From positions 3,680 through 67,679 of the forward strand of contig MHHG01000055.1 in NCBI GenBank assembly GCA_001805965.1: a stretch of DNA of 64,000 nt, given 5' to 3'. Both the position numbers and the translations under genes were made by a program. The stretch is from Omnitrophica WOR_2 bacterium RIFOXYA2_FULL_38_17. GTDB lineage: Bacteria; Omnitrophota; Gorgyraeia; Zapsychrales; Zapsychraceae. Under the pieces are notes generated by a model, which worked only from the letters and a program-made list of their open reading frames with translations, did not search any database and was not told where the DNA came from. Shown here one piece after another: positions 50,836-60,072 of the stretch. Position 1 is the first letter of the stretch. Each line of letters begins with the position of its first letter.

Positions 50836-51428
50836 TATTTACCCACTCTAGACGTTATTAAAAAATCAGCAACATCTACCTTGTTAATCTTTCTCATTTG
50901 TATTGAACCTAACTCCAGATCCGTTAGGTCCGTTAAAAATTCTGCATCTTGTTTAAGATTTGCTGTAAATTTATGTACTCCTATCATCTCTTTATTCTGC
51001 CTGGAAATTGCACTACCCTCTACAAAAAAAGCATCTTCATTAAATGCTATCCTCCTCAACCAAACCCCCTTTGGAAGATTATCACTTAAAATATTCAGTT
51101 TCTGTGACCAAATAACCTTTTCCTCTTCCGTAAGTTTCTTTATTGCGCTTTGCTTGTTCTGAAGCATCCTAAGCTCACTAATAATAACATCAACTTTCTC
51201 TTTGTCAGGAACAATTCCTTCCCAAGATGCTTTTAATGTATTATGTTTTGCTAACTTAGAAACATTAATTGCAAGCAAAACAACATGCACAACAAATAGC
51301 AGTATAATCAGTCCTCCACCTAGCCCAATAACCACTTCCAAAGGCAGCTTAAATCCTCCCACGAAGAAATCCTTCTTCTTCTTTTTTCTTAAACGCATTG
51401 GAACTAAGTTTATATCAATTATATTCAT
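50835..51428 (-). CDS. pilN: Type IV pilus assembly protein PilN-like
   Basis: MNIIDINLVPMRLRKKKK then a TM helix, which is a PilN N-terminus. The start was placed at M9 of the ORF-track call. Confidence 0.6.
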   Translation of the reverse strand: MNIIDINLVPMRLRKKKKKDFFVGGFKLPLEVVIGLGGGLIILLFVVHVVLLAINVSKLAKHNTLKASWEGIVPDKEKVDVIISELRMLQNKQSAIKKLTEEEKVIWSQKLNILSDNLPKGVWLRRIAFNEDAFFVEGSAISRQNKEMIGVHKFTANLKQDAEFLTDLTDLELGSIQMRKINKVDVADFLITSRVGK

Positions 51429-52470
51429 ATAAAGCCAATCCAAAGGCAACACCTAAATTAAGGGCCTTTTTGTTAAGATCATCAACATCTATTCCTTTAG
51501 ACACTCCTAAAGCCTTAAGTGGATCCCACCTTTCAACTTGCATTTCTAAATTATCCCCTAAAACATCAACGATACCTTCTAATAAAGAGCCGCCCCCAGT
51601 TACTAATAATTTATCAACTTCTTTGCTTTTTTCCGTAGAAAAATAATCAATAGATAATCTTAATTCCTGGACAATATTCATAAGGGTCGATTCACAAGCA
51701 GCTTTTACTTCACTAACTCTTTTAGCTGGTTGACATTTTAATTTCTCAGCTTCTTCTAAACTAATGCCCAATGTATTGCTTATTCTCTTTGTAAAATCAG
51801 CACCTCCGACAAAAATATCTCGTGTAAATCTTGGTGATTTGTTAACAATGATAATAAACGTGCTAACAGACTCTCCTATATCCAACAATGCCACTGTTTG
51901 ATCTTTACCTTCATCTTCTTTTTCTAATGAAAAGTTCAAAGCATTGACCAATGCAGCTGGATTCAATCCAATAAAATCTGCCTGATATCCTAAGCTTGAA
52001 ATAAGCTGCATTCTCTGGTCAATCATCTCTTTCTTTGCAGCAGATGCCATAACAGCCATCTGCTTGCTCTTCTTATCACCATCCAGAATATAACAATCTG
52101 TATAAATTTGATCTTGCGAGAAAGGGAAATACTTATCAGCTTCTATAGAAAATGAGTTGCGCAAATCATCTATAAGCATTCTGGGCATATCTATATAACG
52201 TATCAGAGTCCCTTTTCCAAAAACAGCAGTATATATCGTATTTGGTGGATTCCTTAGTTGCGCGATTAATGTTTTTATTGCTTCGGCTATACCACTCTTT
52301 CTTGACGATTCAATTGCCCAGCTAACTAACTCATATTCATTATTCTCTTTCTTTATTTCAACTAACTTACAACTGTTTAAACCAATATCTATTCCAACAG
52401 CTGTACCCTTAGGCTTGTCAGGAAGAAATTTTTTTATTATGCCGAAATAATTATTTAGCAATGCATTCAT
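51415..52470 (-). CDS. pilM: Type IV pilus assembly ATPase-like protein PilM (actin fold)
   Basis: AVGIDIGLNSCKLVEI phosphate-1 motif and actin/FtsA-like fold. Confidence 0.85.
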   Translation of the reverse strand: MNALLNNYFGIIKKFLPDKPKGTAVGIDIGLNSCKLVEIKKENNEYELVSWAIESSRKSGIAEAIKTLIAQLRNPPNTIYTAVFGKGTLIRYIDMPRMLIDDLRNSFSIEADKYFPFSQDQIYTDCYILDGDKKSKQMAVMASAAKKEMIDQRMQLISSLGYQADFIGLNPAALVNALNFSLEKEDEGKDQTVALLDIGESVSTFIIIVNKSPRFTRDIFVGGADFTKRISNTLGISLEEAEKLKCQPAKRVSEVKAACESTLMNIVQELRLSIDYFSTEKSKEVDKLLVTGGGSLLEGIVDVLGDNLEMQVERWDPLKALGVSKGIDVDDLNKKALNLGVAFGLALYEYN

Positions 52471-52623
52471 CTTAACCCCAAACTTTAAATAATAGACATA
52501 TATTATATTCTAAATTAATATAATTAATTGTATTGTAAGGCAATCTTTCTATCAAGCAGTAATTCATAAATTATCACCAACCTTTCTTAAGAAAGACAAT
52601 AGCATTTCATTTCAAAATTTCAA

Positions 52624-52664
52624 TAAAAAAAGGAGAGGGCTTAATTAGCCCCCTCCTTTTAAAA
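52624..52664 (-). terminator. Rho-independent terminator downstream of pilA (bidirectional architecture)
   Basis: GGAGAGGGC-ttaatta-GCCCCCTCC (9-bp stem, one mismatch) is flanked by an A-run upstream and a T-run downstream on the plus strand. The minus strand shows hairpin plus TTTTTTT about 20 nt after the pilA stop. Confidence 0.7.
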
Positions 52665-52685
52665 CAACTTGTTCATCAAACCAAA

Positions 52686-53081
52686 TTATTGCTGACTTAA
52701 AACCCCACCAGTTGTAACTGTAAAATGTGTCGTTCCTGATGTTCCAAGAGTCATAGCATTTGCATCAAAGGTATAATAACCTGGAGCAAATGTACAGGCA
52801 TAAGTAAAACCTGATGTTGACTGACCACAATAAGCTGCATTTAGATAAGGTGGTGTTGCGCCGGTCAATGAAGCTTCATTTCCTGGATATACACCATTTG
52901 ATGATGTTTGAAACGTTTCTGCCGCTGTTGACATCGTTTTGAGCGTGCTCTGTGCTAGCGCATCATTTGCTGAGATCTTAGCTCTTAGCAAGTTTGGAAT
53001 AGCAATTGCTGCTAACAAAGCGATAATTGCGACTACGATCATAATTTCTACTAACGTAAAACCTTTTTGGCTCATTCTCAT
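52686..53081 (-). CDS. pilA: Type IVa major pilin (prepilin, class III signal peptide)
   Basis: MRMSQKG|FTLVEIMIVVAIIALLAAIAIPNL gives the G-1, F+1, E+5 prepilin peptidase/N-methylation motif. A C-terminal Cys pair suggests a D-region disulfide. GGAGG SD lies 6 nt upstream. Confidence 0.85.
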   Translation of the reverse strand: MRMSQKGFTLVEIMIVVAIIALLAAIAIPNLLRAKISANDALAQSTLKTMSTAAETFQTSSNGVYPGNEASLTGATPPYLNAAYCGQSTSGFTYACTFAPGYYTFDANAMTLGTSGTTHFTVTTGGVLSQQ

Positions 53082-53240
53082 GATACCCTCCTTCTGAGTT
53101 TGCGAGCTTAAAGTTTACATTTGCCGACCAAAGCTAAGAATATACCAGATATATATAAGAATAATTACATTTACATAATATCTTAGCCCAACTTCGCAAA
53201 CGACTAACTTTTAGCTCAGTTTAGTTTTAAACTTTGTTTG

Positions 53241-53270
53241 ATTCTACCACCTCCTCTCTTTCCTTGTCAA
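53241..53270 (-). promoter_or_regulatory. Candidate sigma70 promoter for pilA (long 5' UTR ~150 nt)
   Basis: The minus strand reads TTGACA, an 18-nt spacer, then TAGAAT. Confidence 0.35.
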
Positions 53271-53605
53271 TTCATTTATATACTCTTGCTTTGGCTGCTT
53301 TCGCACCAAAACAAAACATGGCTGAACAAAGACAGATTTTACCCACTCAATAATACCAACAATGGTTTTTTCCAATATGCGCATTTTTATCACAAGCACC
53401 TCTCAAAAAAAAATCCCACCCCATTATAAGGAGCAGGACTATTAGAATCCCTTTGTGGCAACTGGCTGTCCTATTTTCTCTTAGGACCCTATAGCTTTGT
53501 GCCCCATCCTTACGAATGGTTTACCATTTACACAACCAACCCAAACTTTCAGTTCAAGTATAACATCAAAAAAAATTATTGTCAAAAAAGAGGCATTTTA
53601 CAAAC

Positions 53606-54628
53606 TTACTTGTTTTTTATTGCCTCAATTTTTTTTTGAAAATCATACACTTTCTTTATTAATACCAAGTGTTCATTCTTGATCGCAGCCAAATTTTCAG
53701 TTAATTGACGCTCTTCAGCTTCTCCACCATCTAAATTCAATTTACTGTCCTTCAATTTCTCTTTAGCAATAGAAAGTACATTGTCAAGATTATCCTTTTG
53801 TTCATTTAAAGCCGCTATTTCCTTTAATAGCTCTTCTTTGCGACTTTCTCTTTCATTACTGACATTAGCAATTTCTTTTTGTATTTTGTCTTCTTCTCCT
53901 AAAATAATCTTAAGCTCGTCTTCAACTATCAACAATTGCTGCTTCAAAAGACTTCTTTTTTTACCGATTTCTTCTACTTCAGATACTGGTCGCATATTAG
54001 TCTCTGTAACTTTGGACAATTGTCTTTGCAATCCTTCAATCTCGTTTTCGCTTCTTTCGATTTGTTCAAGCACTTGTTTCTTAATACTGTCTTCTGTGCC
54101 TTTACTTTTTTTCATATCAAAATTATCAATCTTCATTTGAATATCAGCAATATCTTTACTGACTTTATCGATTGATTGCAGAACTTCTTTTTCTTTAACT
54201 TGCTTTACATCTAATTTCTTCTCTAAAATCTGTTGCTCTCTAACAATCTTACTAACATCATCAGTTAAGCTATTCGCATTTTTCTCAAAGAACATTAGCT
54301 CCTGTTCTTCAGCATCCATATCATCAAGGCTCGCGTTCTGTACTTTCCACTTCATTTTATCTTCTTCAAGACGTATTAACTCTGTTTTTAATGTCTTGAT
54401 ATTCTCACGAAGCTTTTCATTTTCAGAAACAAGCCATATATTCTTTTGTGCAACTTCTTGGGCGCTGTTTTTCAAACTTAACAAACTATACTCAAGAACT
54501 TTTCTTGCTGATAAATTAGCTCTTCTCTCTGCATGACAAAAATCGGCATTAACTTGAATAAATATTACAGTTAAAAATAAAGTTTTTACAATTGTCGTTC
54601 TACAAACAATCTTAGTTTTTTTAAACAT
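53606..54628 (-). CDS. Secreted long coiled-coil protein of unknown function (pil-locus associated)
   Basis: The 340-aa ORF has an N-terminal signal-like hydrophobic segment, then about 300 aa of E/K/L/Q-rich heptad-like sequence. I recognise no catalytic motifs. Confidence 0.5.
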   Translation of the reverse strand: MFKKTKIVCRTTIVKTLFLTVIFIQVNADFCHAERRANLSARKVLEYSLLSLKNSAQEVAQKNIWLVSENEKLRENIKTLKTELIRLEEDKMKWKVQNASLDDMDAEEQELMFFEKNANSLTDDVSKIVREQQILEKKLDVKQVKEKEVLQSIDKVSKDIADIQMKIDNFDMKKSKGTEDSIKKQVLEQIERSENEIEGLQRQLSKVTETNMRPVSEVEEIGKKRSLLKQQLLIVEDELKIILGEEDKIQKEIANVSNERESRKEELLKEIAALNEQKDNLDNVLSIAKEKLKDSKLNLDGGEAEERQLTENLAAIKNEHLVLIKKVYDFQKKIEAIKNK

Positions 54629-54651
54629 AAATTAAACCTTCATTAAAATAT

Positions 54652-55857
54652 TTAGACAATTTGTGTAATATTCAATATAGGCATAAATAAAGCAATAACA
54701 ATAAAACCAATCACTATACCAAGAACACCTATGATCAAAGGCTCAATAATACTGGTCAAACCTTCAACGGCTGCGTCAACTTGATCATCATAAAATTCAG
54801 CTATTTTTAAAAGCATTTTTTCCATCTGGCCCGATTTCTCGCCAATACCGATCATCCTAGTGACCATAGGCGGAAATACTTTACTTTTGCTTAATGGTGT
54901 TGCAATACTTTCACCTTCGCGTACACAATTTTTTACATCTTCGACAACATCTTCAAGGACAGTGTTTCCTATAGTCTTACCAACTATATCTAGAGATTCA
55001 AGAATCGGAACACCGCTTTGTATAAGGGTAGCCAGCGTTCGACTAAAACGGCTAATCGCAACTTTACAAAAAAGCTCGCCAAAAAGAGGCATGTTCAGAA
55101 CAGCCCCATCTATAACACGAGCGCCTTTTGCCGTTCTATACCATCTTCCGATAAGAAAAACTACAAAAACAAAAAAACCAACAATCCAAATCAAATAACT
55201 CTTGAGCCCTTCACTCACTCCAATTAGCATTTGAGTCATAGCCGGCAATTCCCTATCAAAAGAATCATAAATGCCCGCAAAAGTGGGAACAACCTTAACT
55301 AATAAAATAATCGTAATAATTGTCGCCATTGATACAATTACTGAAGGATATATCAATGCGGATTTGACTTTACGTTGCAGTTTAAGCGATTTCTCCATAT
55401 ATGTGGATATGCGGTCTAATACTTGACTTAAAACACCCCCAGTCTCTCCAACTCTTACCATGTTTACAAAAAGAGTGTCAAAAACACTAGGGTGTTTATT
55501 AAAAGCAGCAGAAAGGCTTGCTCCATGCTGAATATCATCATAAACATTTGTAAGAACCTTTTGAAACAGCGGATGAGAAACCTGGTCCTTCAAAGCATCA
55601 ATACCCTGAAGTATTGGTATGCCTGCATCAACCATTGTAGCTAATTGTCTTGTAAAAATGACGATCTCATCAGGCTTTACTTTTTTTGATTGAAAAGAAG
55701 AGCCAGTAATCTTGGAATCCTTTACTTCAACAACCGAAATAATAATAAGCTTCTTTTTCCTTAAAGCTTCAATGACTGATTCTTTATTATCCGCAGCAAT
55801 CTTTCCGGTAACATTCCCTGATTCTGCATTCTTTGCAACATATTTAAAAGTTGCCAT
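54652..55857 (-). CDS. pilC: Type IV pilus inner-membrane platform protein PilC (GspF family)
   Basis: The 401-aa ORF has two T2SSF repeats and three TM segments. Confidence 0.9.
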   Translation of the reverse strand: MATFKYVAKNAESGNVTGKIAADNKESVIEALRKKKLIIISVVEVKDSKITGSSFQSKKVKPDEIVIFTRQLATMVDAGIPILQGIDALKDQVSHPLFQKVLTNVYDDIQHGASLSAAFNKHPSVFDTLFVNMVRVGETGGVLSQVLDRISTYMEKSLKLQRKVKSALIYPSVIVSMATIITIILLVKVVPTFAGIYDSFDRELPAMTQMLIGVSEGLKSYLIWIVGFFVFVVFLIGRWYRTAKGARVIDGAVLNMPLFGELFCKVAISRFSRTLATLIQSGVPILESLDIVGKTIGNTVLEDVVEDVKNCVREGESIATPLSKSKVFPPMVTRMIGIGEKSGQMEKMLLKIAEFYDDQVDAAVEGLTSIIEPLIIGVLGIVIGFIVIALFMPILNITQIV

Positions 55858-55940
55858 ATTGGCCTTTCATATAAGTCATTTTTTCAAAACATAAGGAATT
55901 TTAGAGCGAAATGCTCTAGTTTTTAATTGAATACGCTGGC

Positions 55941-56399
55941 TTAATTTCCACCATAAAGATTATTCAAAGCATGATCAATTTCCATTCTAGTGGAAATAAA
56001 AGGTACTATTTCACAACTGGTATCTTGCTTTAATTCCTGAAGAACCGAAAAATCCAAAGGATTCGACATAGCAATACTTAAAATATTACCAACACAATCT
56101 AAAGGGACAACACAATACTTAAAAGCTATCTGCCTTGGGATAATATTCAAGACTTCCTGCTTTATATCATACTGATCAATTGCAATATAAGGAAGCTTAC
56201 ACTGGGCAGACAAAGCAGCAACAACGTCTTTCTCGCTTACAAATCCCAGAGTTGTTAGGATCTCCCCGATGAATCTCTTATCTTTCTTTTGAATATTCAA
56301 AGCCCGACTAAGCTGCTTCCTAACAACCATCTTTCGATTAAGCAGAATCTCTCCTAAGCGACCTTTTTTATTGACAAATATTCCAGAATCAGCAACCAT
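55941..56399 (-). CDS. Standalone T2SSE_N / MshEN-like domain protein (PilB N-terminal domain only, 152 aa)
   Basis: Aligns to the N-domains of both downstream PilB paralogues (LPYIAIDQYDI...IPRQIAFKYCVVPL...LSIAMSNPLD). Tandem motifs RLGEILLNRKMVVRKQLSRALNIQ and FIGEILTTLGFVSEKDVVAALSAQ are present. Confidence 0.6.
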   Translation of the reverse strand: MVADSGIFVNKKGRLGEILLNRKMVVRKQLSRALNIQKKDKRFIGEILTTLGFVSEKDVVAALSAQCKLPYIAIDQYDIKQEVLNIIPRQIAFKYCVVPLDCVGNILSIAMSNPLDFSVLQELKQDTSCEIVPFISTRMEIDHALNNLYGGN

Positions 56400-56413
56400 G
56401 GTCAGCCCCTTAC

Positions 56414-56432
56414 ATATCTGTTATCCAGATAT
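56414..56432 (-). promoter_or_regulatory. Inverted repeat ATATCTG-N5-CAGATAT immediately upstream of the standalone MshEN-like gene
   Basis: 7-5-7 perfect arms read directly from the sequence, about 15 nt upstream of the ATG at 56399, within a 197-nt intergenic region. Confidence 0.3.
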
Positions 56433-56596
56433 TTATTCTACCACTAAATATATTCTTTGAAACAAGAAACTTTGGTTTAGCAATATTCCAATAAAACAAA
56501 TATTTTTTGTGCTTACTTTATATTATTATTTCTTGAAACTAGTTTACATAACCTGCTAAAAATGTTTTTCTTTTTTTGAATTTATTCTAAATCACA

Positions 56597-58303
56597 TTAT
56601 TCATCCATAGCGACTCTTAAAACCTCTTCAAGAGTTATTAACCCAGAAACACATTTCTCGATAGCATCCTCCCAAATAGTCACCATTCCGTTAACCTCAC
56701 ACGCAAACCGTTTTATCTCATCGGATGAGCATCCCCTTAATAGCATCTCCTTGATCTCATCAGTTACCTCTAATACTTCCATCAAAGCCATTCTCCCAGA
56801 ATAGCCTGTACCATGACAAGCCTCACAACCTTTTCCATGATAGAAAACTGTATTGGGCTTGAATTTATAAGTCATCTTATCCAATACTTTCTTCGATATC
56901 TCAACTTTTTCTTTACAGCGTGTACAAATTTTCCTACATAGTCTTTGTGCATTTACCAGCACAAGGCTCGATGCAACCAAAAACGGCTCAACTCCCATAT
57001 CAACCAATCTTGTCAAAGTGCCGGCAGCATCATTTGTATGAAGGGTAGAAAAGACCAACTGCCCTGTTAATGATGCTTTCACTGCTATGTCAGCTGTTTC
57101 ATTATCACGAATCTCACCAACCATTACAATATCTGGGCTCTGTCGCAATATTGCCCTTAACCCCTCAGCAAAAGTCAATCCTATTTCAGGCCTAGCCTGA
57201 ATCTGTGTCAATCCCTCGATCAAATACTCAACCGGGTCCTCGACAGTAATGATGTTCTTATCCACTGTATTGAGCTCATTAATGATTGAGTATAAAGTTG
57301 TCGATTTGCCACTGCCCGTAGGGCCAGTGACCAAGAACATACCAAACGGTTTAACGATGCCATTCTTTAAAACAGCCAGAGACTTCTCAGAAATGCCTAA
57401 GCCATCAAGCCCAACAGTCAAATTACTTTTATCCAGAACACGCATGACAATTTTCTGCCCAAATGTTGTAGGCAATAAAGAAACGCGGAAATCAATTTCT
57501 TTTCCAGCGACTTTCATCTTAAAACGTCCGTCTTGAGGGACATAATTTGAAGTTATATCCAACCTGGACATTATCTTGATTCTTACGATAACGGCATTCT
57601 GGTTTTCCTTAGGCAAATTCAGGATATCTCTCAAAATACCATCTATTCTATAACGAACTCTGACGCCATCTTCCGCTGGTTCAATATGAATATCAGAAGC
57701 TTTCTGCCTTATTGCTTCTTTGACAATAAGATTGACCATTCGGATAACAGGGGCTTTCTCTCCGTCATCTGCAGGTCCACTGCTTCCATCTTCTTCTTGA
57801 TCCATGACTATTTCGAAATCATCTACCTGAATGTCCTGAGTAATATCAGTAACACTCACGCTTTCCGGAACGCCATAATAATTATCAATTGCCTTAATGA
57901 TCTCCGTATTTGTACTCATAACCACATCGATATCTTTGCCTGTGATACTTTTTAGGTCATCAGCGATAAAAACATCTAGCGGGTCTGCAAGCGCCACCGT
58001 AAGGGTGTTCTCAAGCAGTGAAAGAGGGATTATTTTATACTGCCTTGCTACCCGCTCTGGCACGATCTCTTGCAAATAAGGGTCGATCTTATATTTGCTT
58101 AAATTAATAAACGGGATATTTAGCTCTCTTACAAGAAGCATCAAAAGGTCGTCCTCCGCTATCAGCCCTTGTTCTATCAAAGCTTTATCAAGACCAATAT
58201 TCTTTCTCTTTTGCAATACAATAGCAGCATCAAGATCTTTTTTGCTGATCTGCTGAGTCTCAATAAGTGTATTCAAAATTTTATCTTTTAATGTCTTTGC
58301 CAC
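56597..58303 (-). CDS. pilB: Type IV pilus assembly ATPase PilB/GspE family, paralogue 1
   Basis: The 568-aa ORF has an N-terminal T2SSE_N domain, Walker A GPTGSGKST, Asp/His boxes and a tetracysteine CRKIC..C..C..CEACHGTG. It starts at a GTG with a 1-nt overlap onto the upstream stop. Confidence 0.9.
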   Translation of the reverse strand: MAKTLKDKILNTLIETQQISKKDLDAAIVLQKRKNIGLDKALIEQGLIAEDDLLMLLVRELNIPFINLSKYKIDPYLQEIVPERVARQYKIIPLSLLENTLTVALADPLDVFIADDLKSITGKDIDVVMSTNTEIIKAIDNYYGVPESVSVTDITQDIQVDDFEIVMDQEEDGSSGPADDGEKAPVIRMVNLIVKEAIRQKASDIHIEPAEDGVRVRYRIDGILRDILNLPKENQNAVIVRIKIMSRLDITSNYVPQDGRFKMKVAGKEIDFRVSLLPTTFGQKIVMRVLDKSNLTVGLDGLGISEKSLAVLKNGIVKPFGMFLVTGPTGSGKSTTLYSIINELNTVDKNIITVEDPVEYLIEGLTQIQARPEIGLTFAEGLRAILRQSPDIVMVGEIRDNETADIAVKASLTGQLVFSTLHTNDAAGTLTRLVDMGVEPFLVASSLVLVNAQRLCRKICTRCKEKVEISKKVLDKMTYKFKPNTVFYHGKGCEACHGTGYSGRMALMEVLEVTDEIKEMLLRGCSSDEIKRFACEVNGMVTIWEDAIEKCVSGLITLEEVLRVAMDE

Positions 58304-60072
58304 TACTTCTTCTTTTCCTCATCAGGTGATGTTAATCTCAAAACCTCTTCTATTGTTGTTAACCCATCTACTGCTTTCACCAAGCCATCTTCTCTCATAG
58401 TCCGCATACCTTCTTGACGTGCAACTTGTTTTATCTTTACTTCGCCTACCCGCGCCAAGACAGCCTCTTTCACTTTTTGGCTGAATACAAGGATTTCAGT
58501 GATACCAACCCGCCCCTTATAGCCAGTATTAAAACATTGCTTACATCCTTTTGGCCTCATAACTTCTATATTCTGTTTAGGATATAATTTATCAAGCCCA
58601 ACTTTTGAAGCTATCTCCGGAGTAACTATATAAGGCTCACAACATTTCGGGCAGACCTTTCTTAATAGCCTTTGGGCAATGATAGCCAACACAGAAGAAC
58701 ATATTAAAAATGGCTCAATACCCATATTCATCATACGGACTATTGAACCCGCAGCTGTTGTAGTGTGAAGAGAACTCAAAACAAGGTGTCCAGTCAAAGC
58801 AGCCTTAACCGCAATATCTAATGTTTCTTTGTCGCGGATCTCTCCTATCATGATAATATCCGGGTCTTGCCTGAGAATTGATCTTAGACTTGAAGAAAAA
58901 GTTAAGCCCATCTTTGCCTTTATATTAACTTGATTGACCCCTTTCATCTGGTACTCTACAGGGTCCTCAACCGTAACAATATTTTTTTCTGGAGAATCTA
59001 CATACTTTAGAATTGAATAAAGCGTTGTCGTCTTACCGCTTCCAGTGGGACCACAAGTTAAAATCAAGCCATGCGGCTTTACAGCGCAGTCCTTTAAGCG
59101 CTGCAAAGCAGTTGCTTCAAACCCTAAATTTTCAACATCAAGCACTGTTCCCTGCTGGTCCAAGACTCTCAACACAATTTTTTCGCCAACAGCAGTAGGC
59201 AAAACATTAACGCGAAAGTCAACCTCTCTGTCACCTGAAATTATCGTCTTAAACCTTCCATCTTGAGGCAACCTGTGTTCTGAAATATCTAAATTTGAAA
59301 TGACCTTTATTCTTGAAACCAATGGAAAATGCAACACTTTTGTCATTCGATCAATCTCTCGAATGACCCCATCAATCCTGTACCTGATGCGGACTGCTTT
59401 TTCTAATGGCTCTATGAACACATCGCTAGCTTTCGCAAACACTGCTTGCTGAATTATCGTGTCTGTTAACTTAATAATCGGCGCCTCGTCAGATATTGCC
59501 TCAACAGATGACTGCTCATCACTGTGTCCATCTTTAATTAATTCAAGGTCTTCAGTATCTCTAAAATCTTGAATGATCTCATCAAAGGTCTCATTATTTT
59601 TTTCCTGCTCTGGACTTTCCTGATCCTGCTCATCCTCATGCTTCAAATAATATTTCTCAATAGCTTTATGAATATCTGCAAACCTGCATATAATAGGAAT
59701 GATCATATAGCCTGTAAGAGCCTTAACATTATCTATTATAAATATGTTCAACGGATCCGCCATCGCGAGGGTCAGCTGATCTCCCAAGAGAGAAACAGGT
59801 ATAATTTGATATTTTAGTGCAATATCTTTTGGAATAGTTTGAATTACATCTGGCGAGATATTAAAACTAGCGATCTTAATTAAGGGAAGCTCAAGGCTTT
59901 CACTCAACACTTGGGTCAACTGGTCTTGACTCACAAAATTCATATCAACAAGTATCTTACTTAATTCTCCGCCTATTTTCTTTTGCTCAATTAACGCTTG
60001 CTCTAGCTCATTGGCGGTAATAAGTTCATCTCGAATAAGAATTTCTTTTAAGCGGTCTTTAAAAGATGCCAT
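58303..60072 (-). CDS. pilB: Type IV pilus assembly ATPase PilB/GspE family, paralogue 2
   Basis: The 589-aa ORF has an N-terminal T2SSE_N domain with RLKEILIRDELITANELEQALIEQ, an acidic linker, Walker A GPTGSGKTT and a tetracysteine CPKCC...CKQCFNTG. Confidence 0.9.
   Translation of the reverse strand: MASFKDRLKEILIRDELITANELEQALIEQKKIGGELSKILVDMNFVSQDQLTQVLSESLELPLIKIASFNISPDVIQTIPKDIALKYQIIPVSLLGDQLTLAMADPLNIFIIDNVKALTGYMIIPIICRFADIHKAIEKYYLKHEDEQDQESPEQEKNNETFDEIIQDFRDTEDLELIKDGHSDEQSSVEAISDEAPIIKLTDTIIQQAVFAKASDVFIEPLEKAVRIRYRIDGVIREIDRMTKVLHFPLVSRIKVISNLDISEHRLPQDGRFKTIISGDREVDFRVNVLPTAVGEKIVLRVLDQQGTVLDVENLGFEATALQRLKDCAVKPHGLILTCGPTGSGKTTTLYSILKYVDSPEKNIVTVEDPVEYQMKGVNQVNIKAKMGLTFSSSLRSILRQDPDIIMIGEIRDKETLDIAVKAALTGHLVLSSLHTTTAAGSIVRMMNMGIEPFLICSSVLAIIAQRLLRKVCPKCCEPYIVTPEIASKVGLDKLYPKQNIEVMRPKGCKQCFNTGYKGRVGITEILVFSQKVKEAVLARVGEVKIKQVARQEGMRTMREDGLVKAVDGLTTIEEVLRLTSPDEEKKK

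Noticed and set aside
53281-53320. Possible sigma54 promoter (TGGTGC-N-GCAGCC on minus; TGGC...GCA on plus) upstream of pilA
   Set aside because: Spacing and the -12 TTGC element do not fit the GG-N10-GC consensus convincingly. I retained only the sigma70-like TTGACA-N18-TAGAAT candidate, at low confidence.
53238-53682. Two plus-strand ORFs (63 and 61 aa) in the pilA upstream spacer
   Set aside because: No SD, odd composition (LLLWLL, poly-K) and orientation opposite to every real gene. The region is more likely non-coding regulatory DNA.
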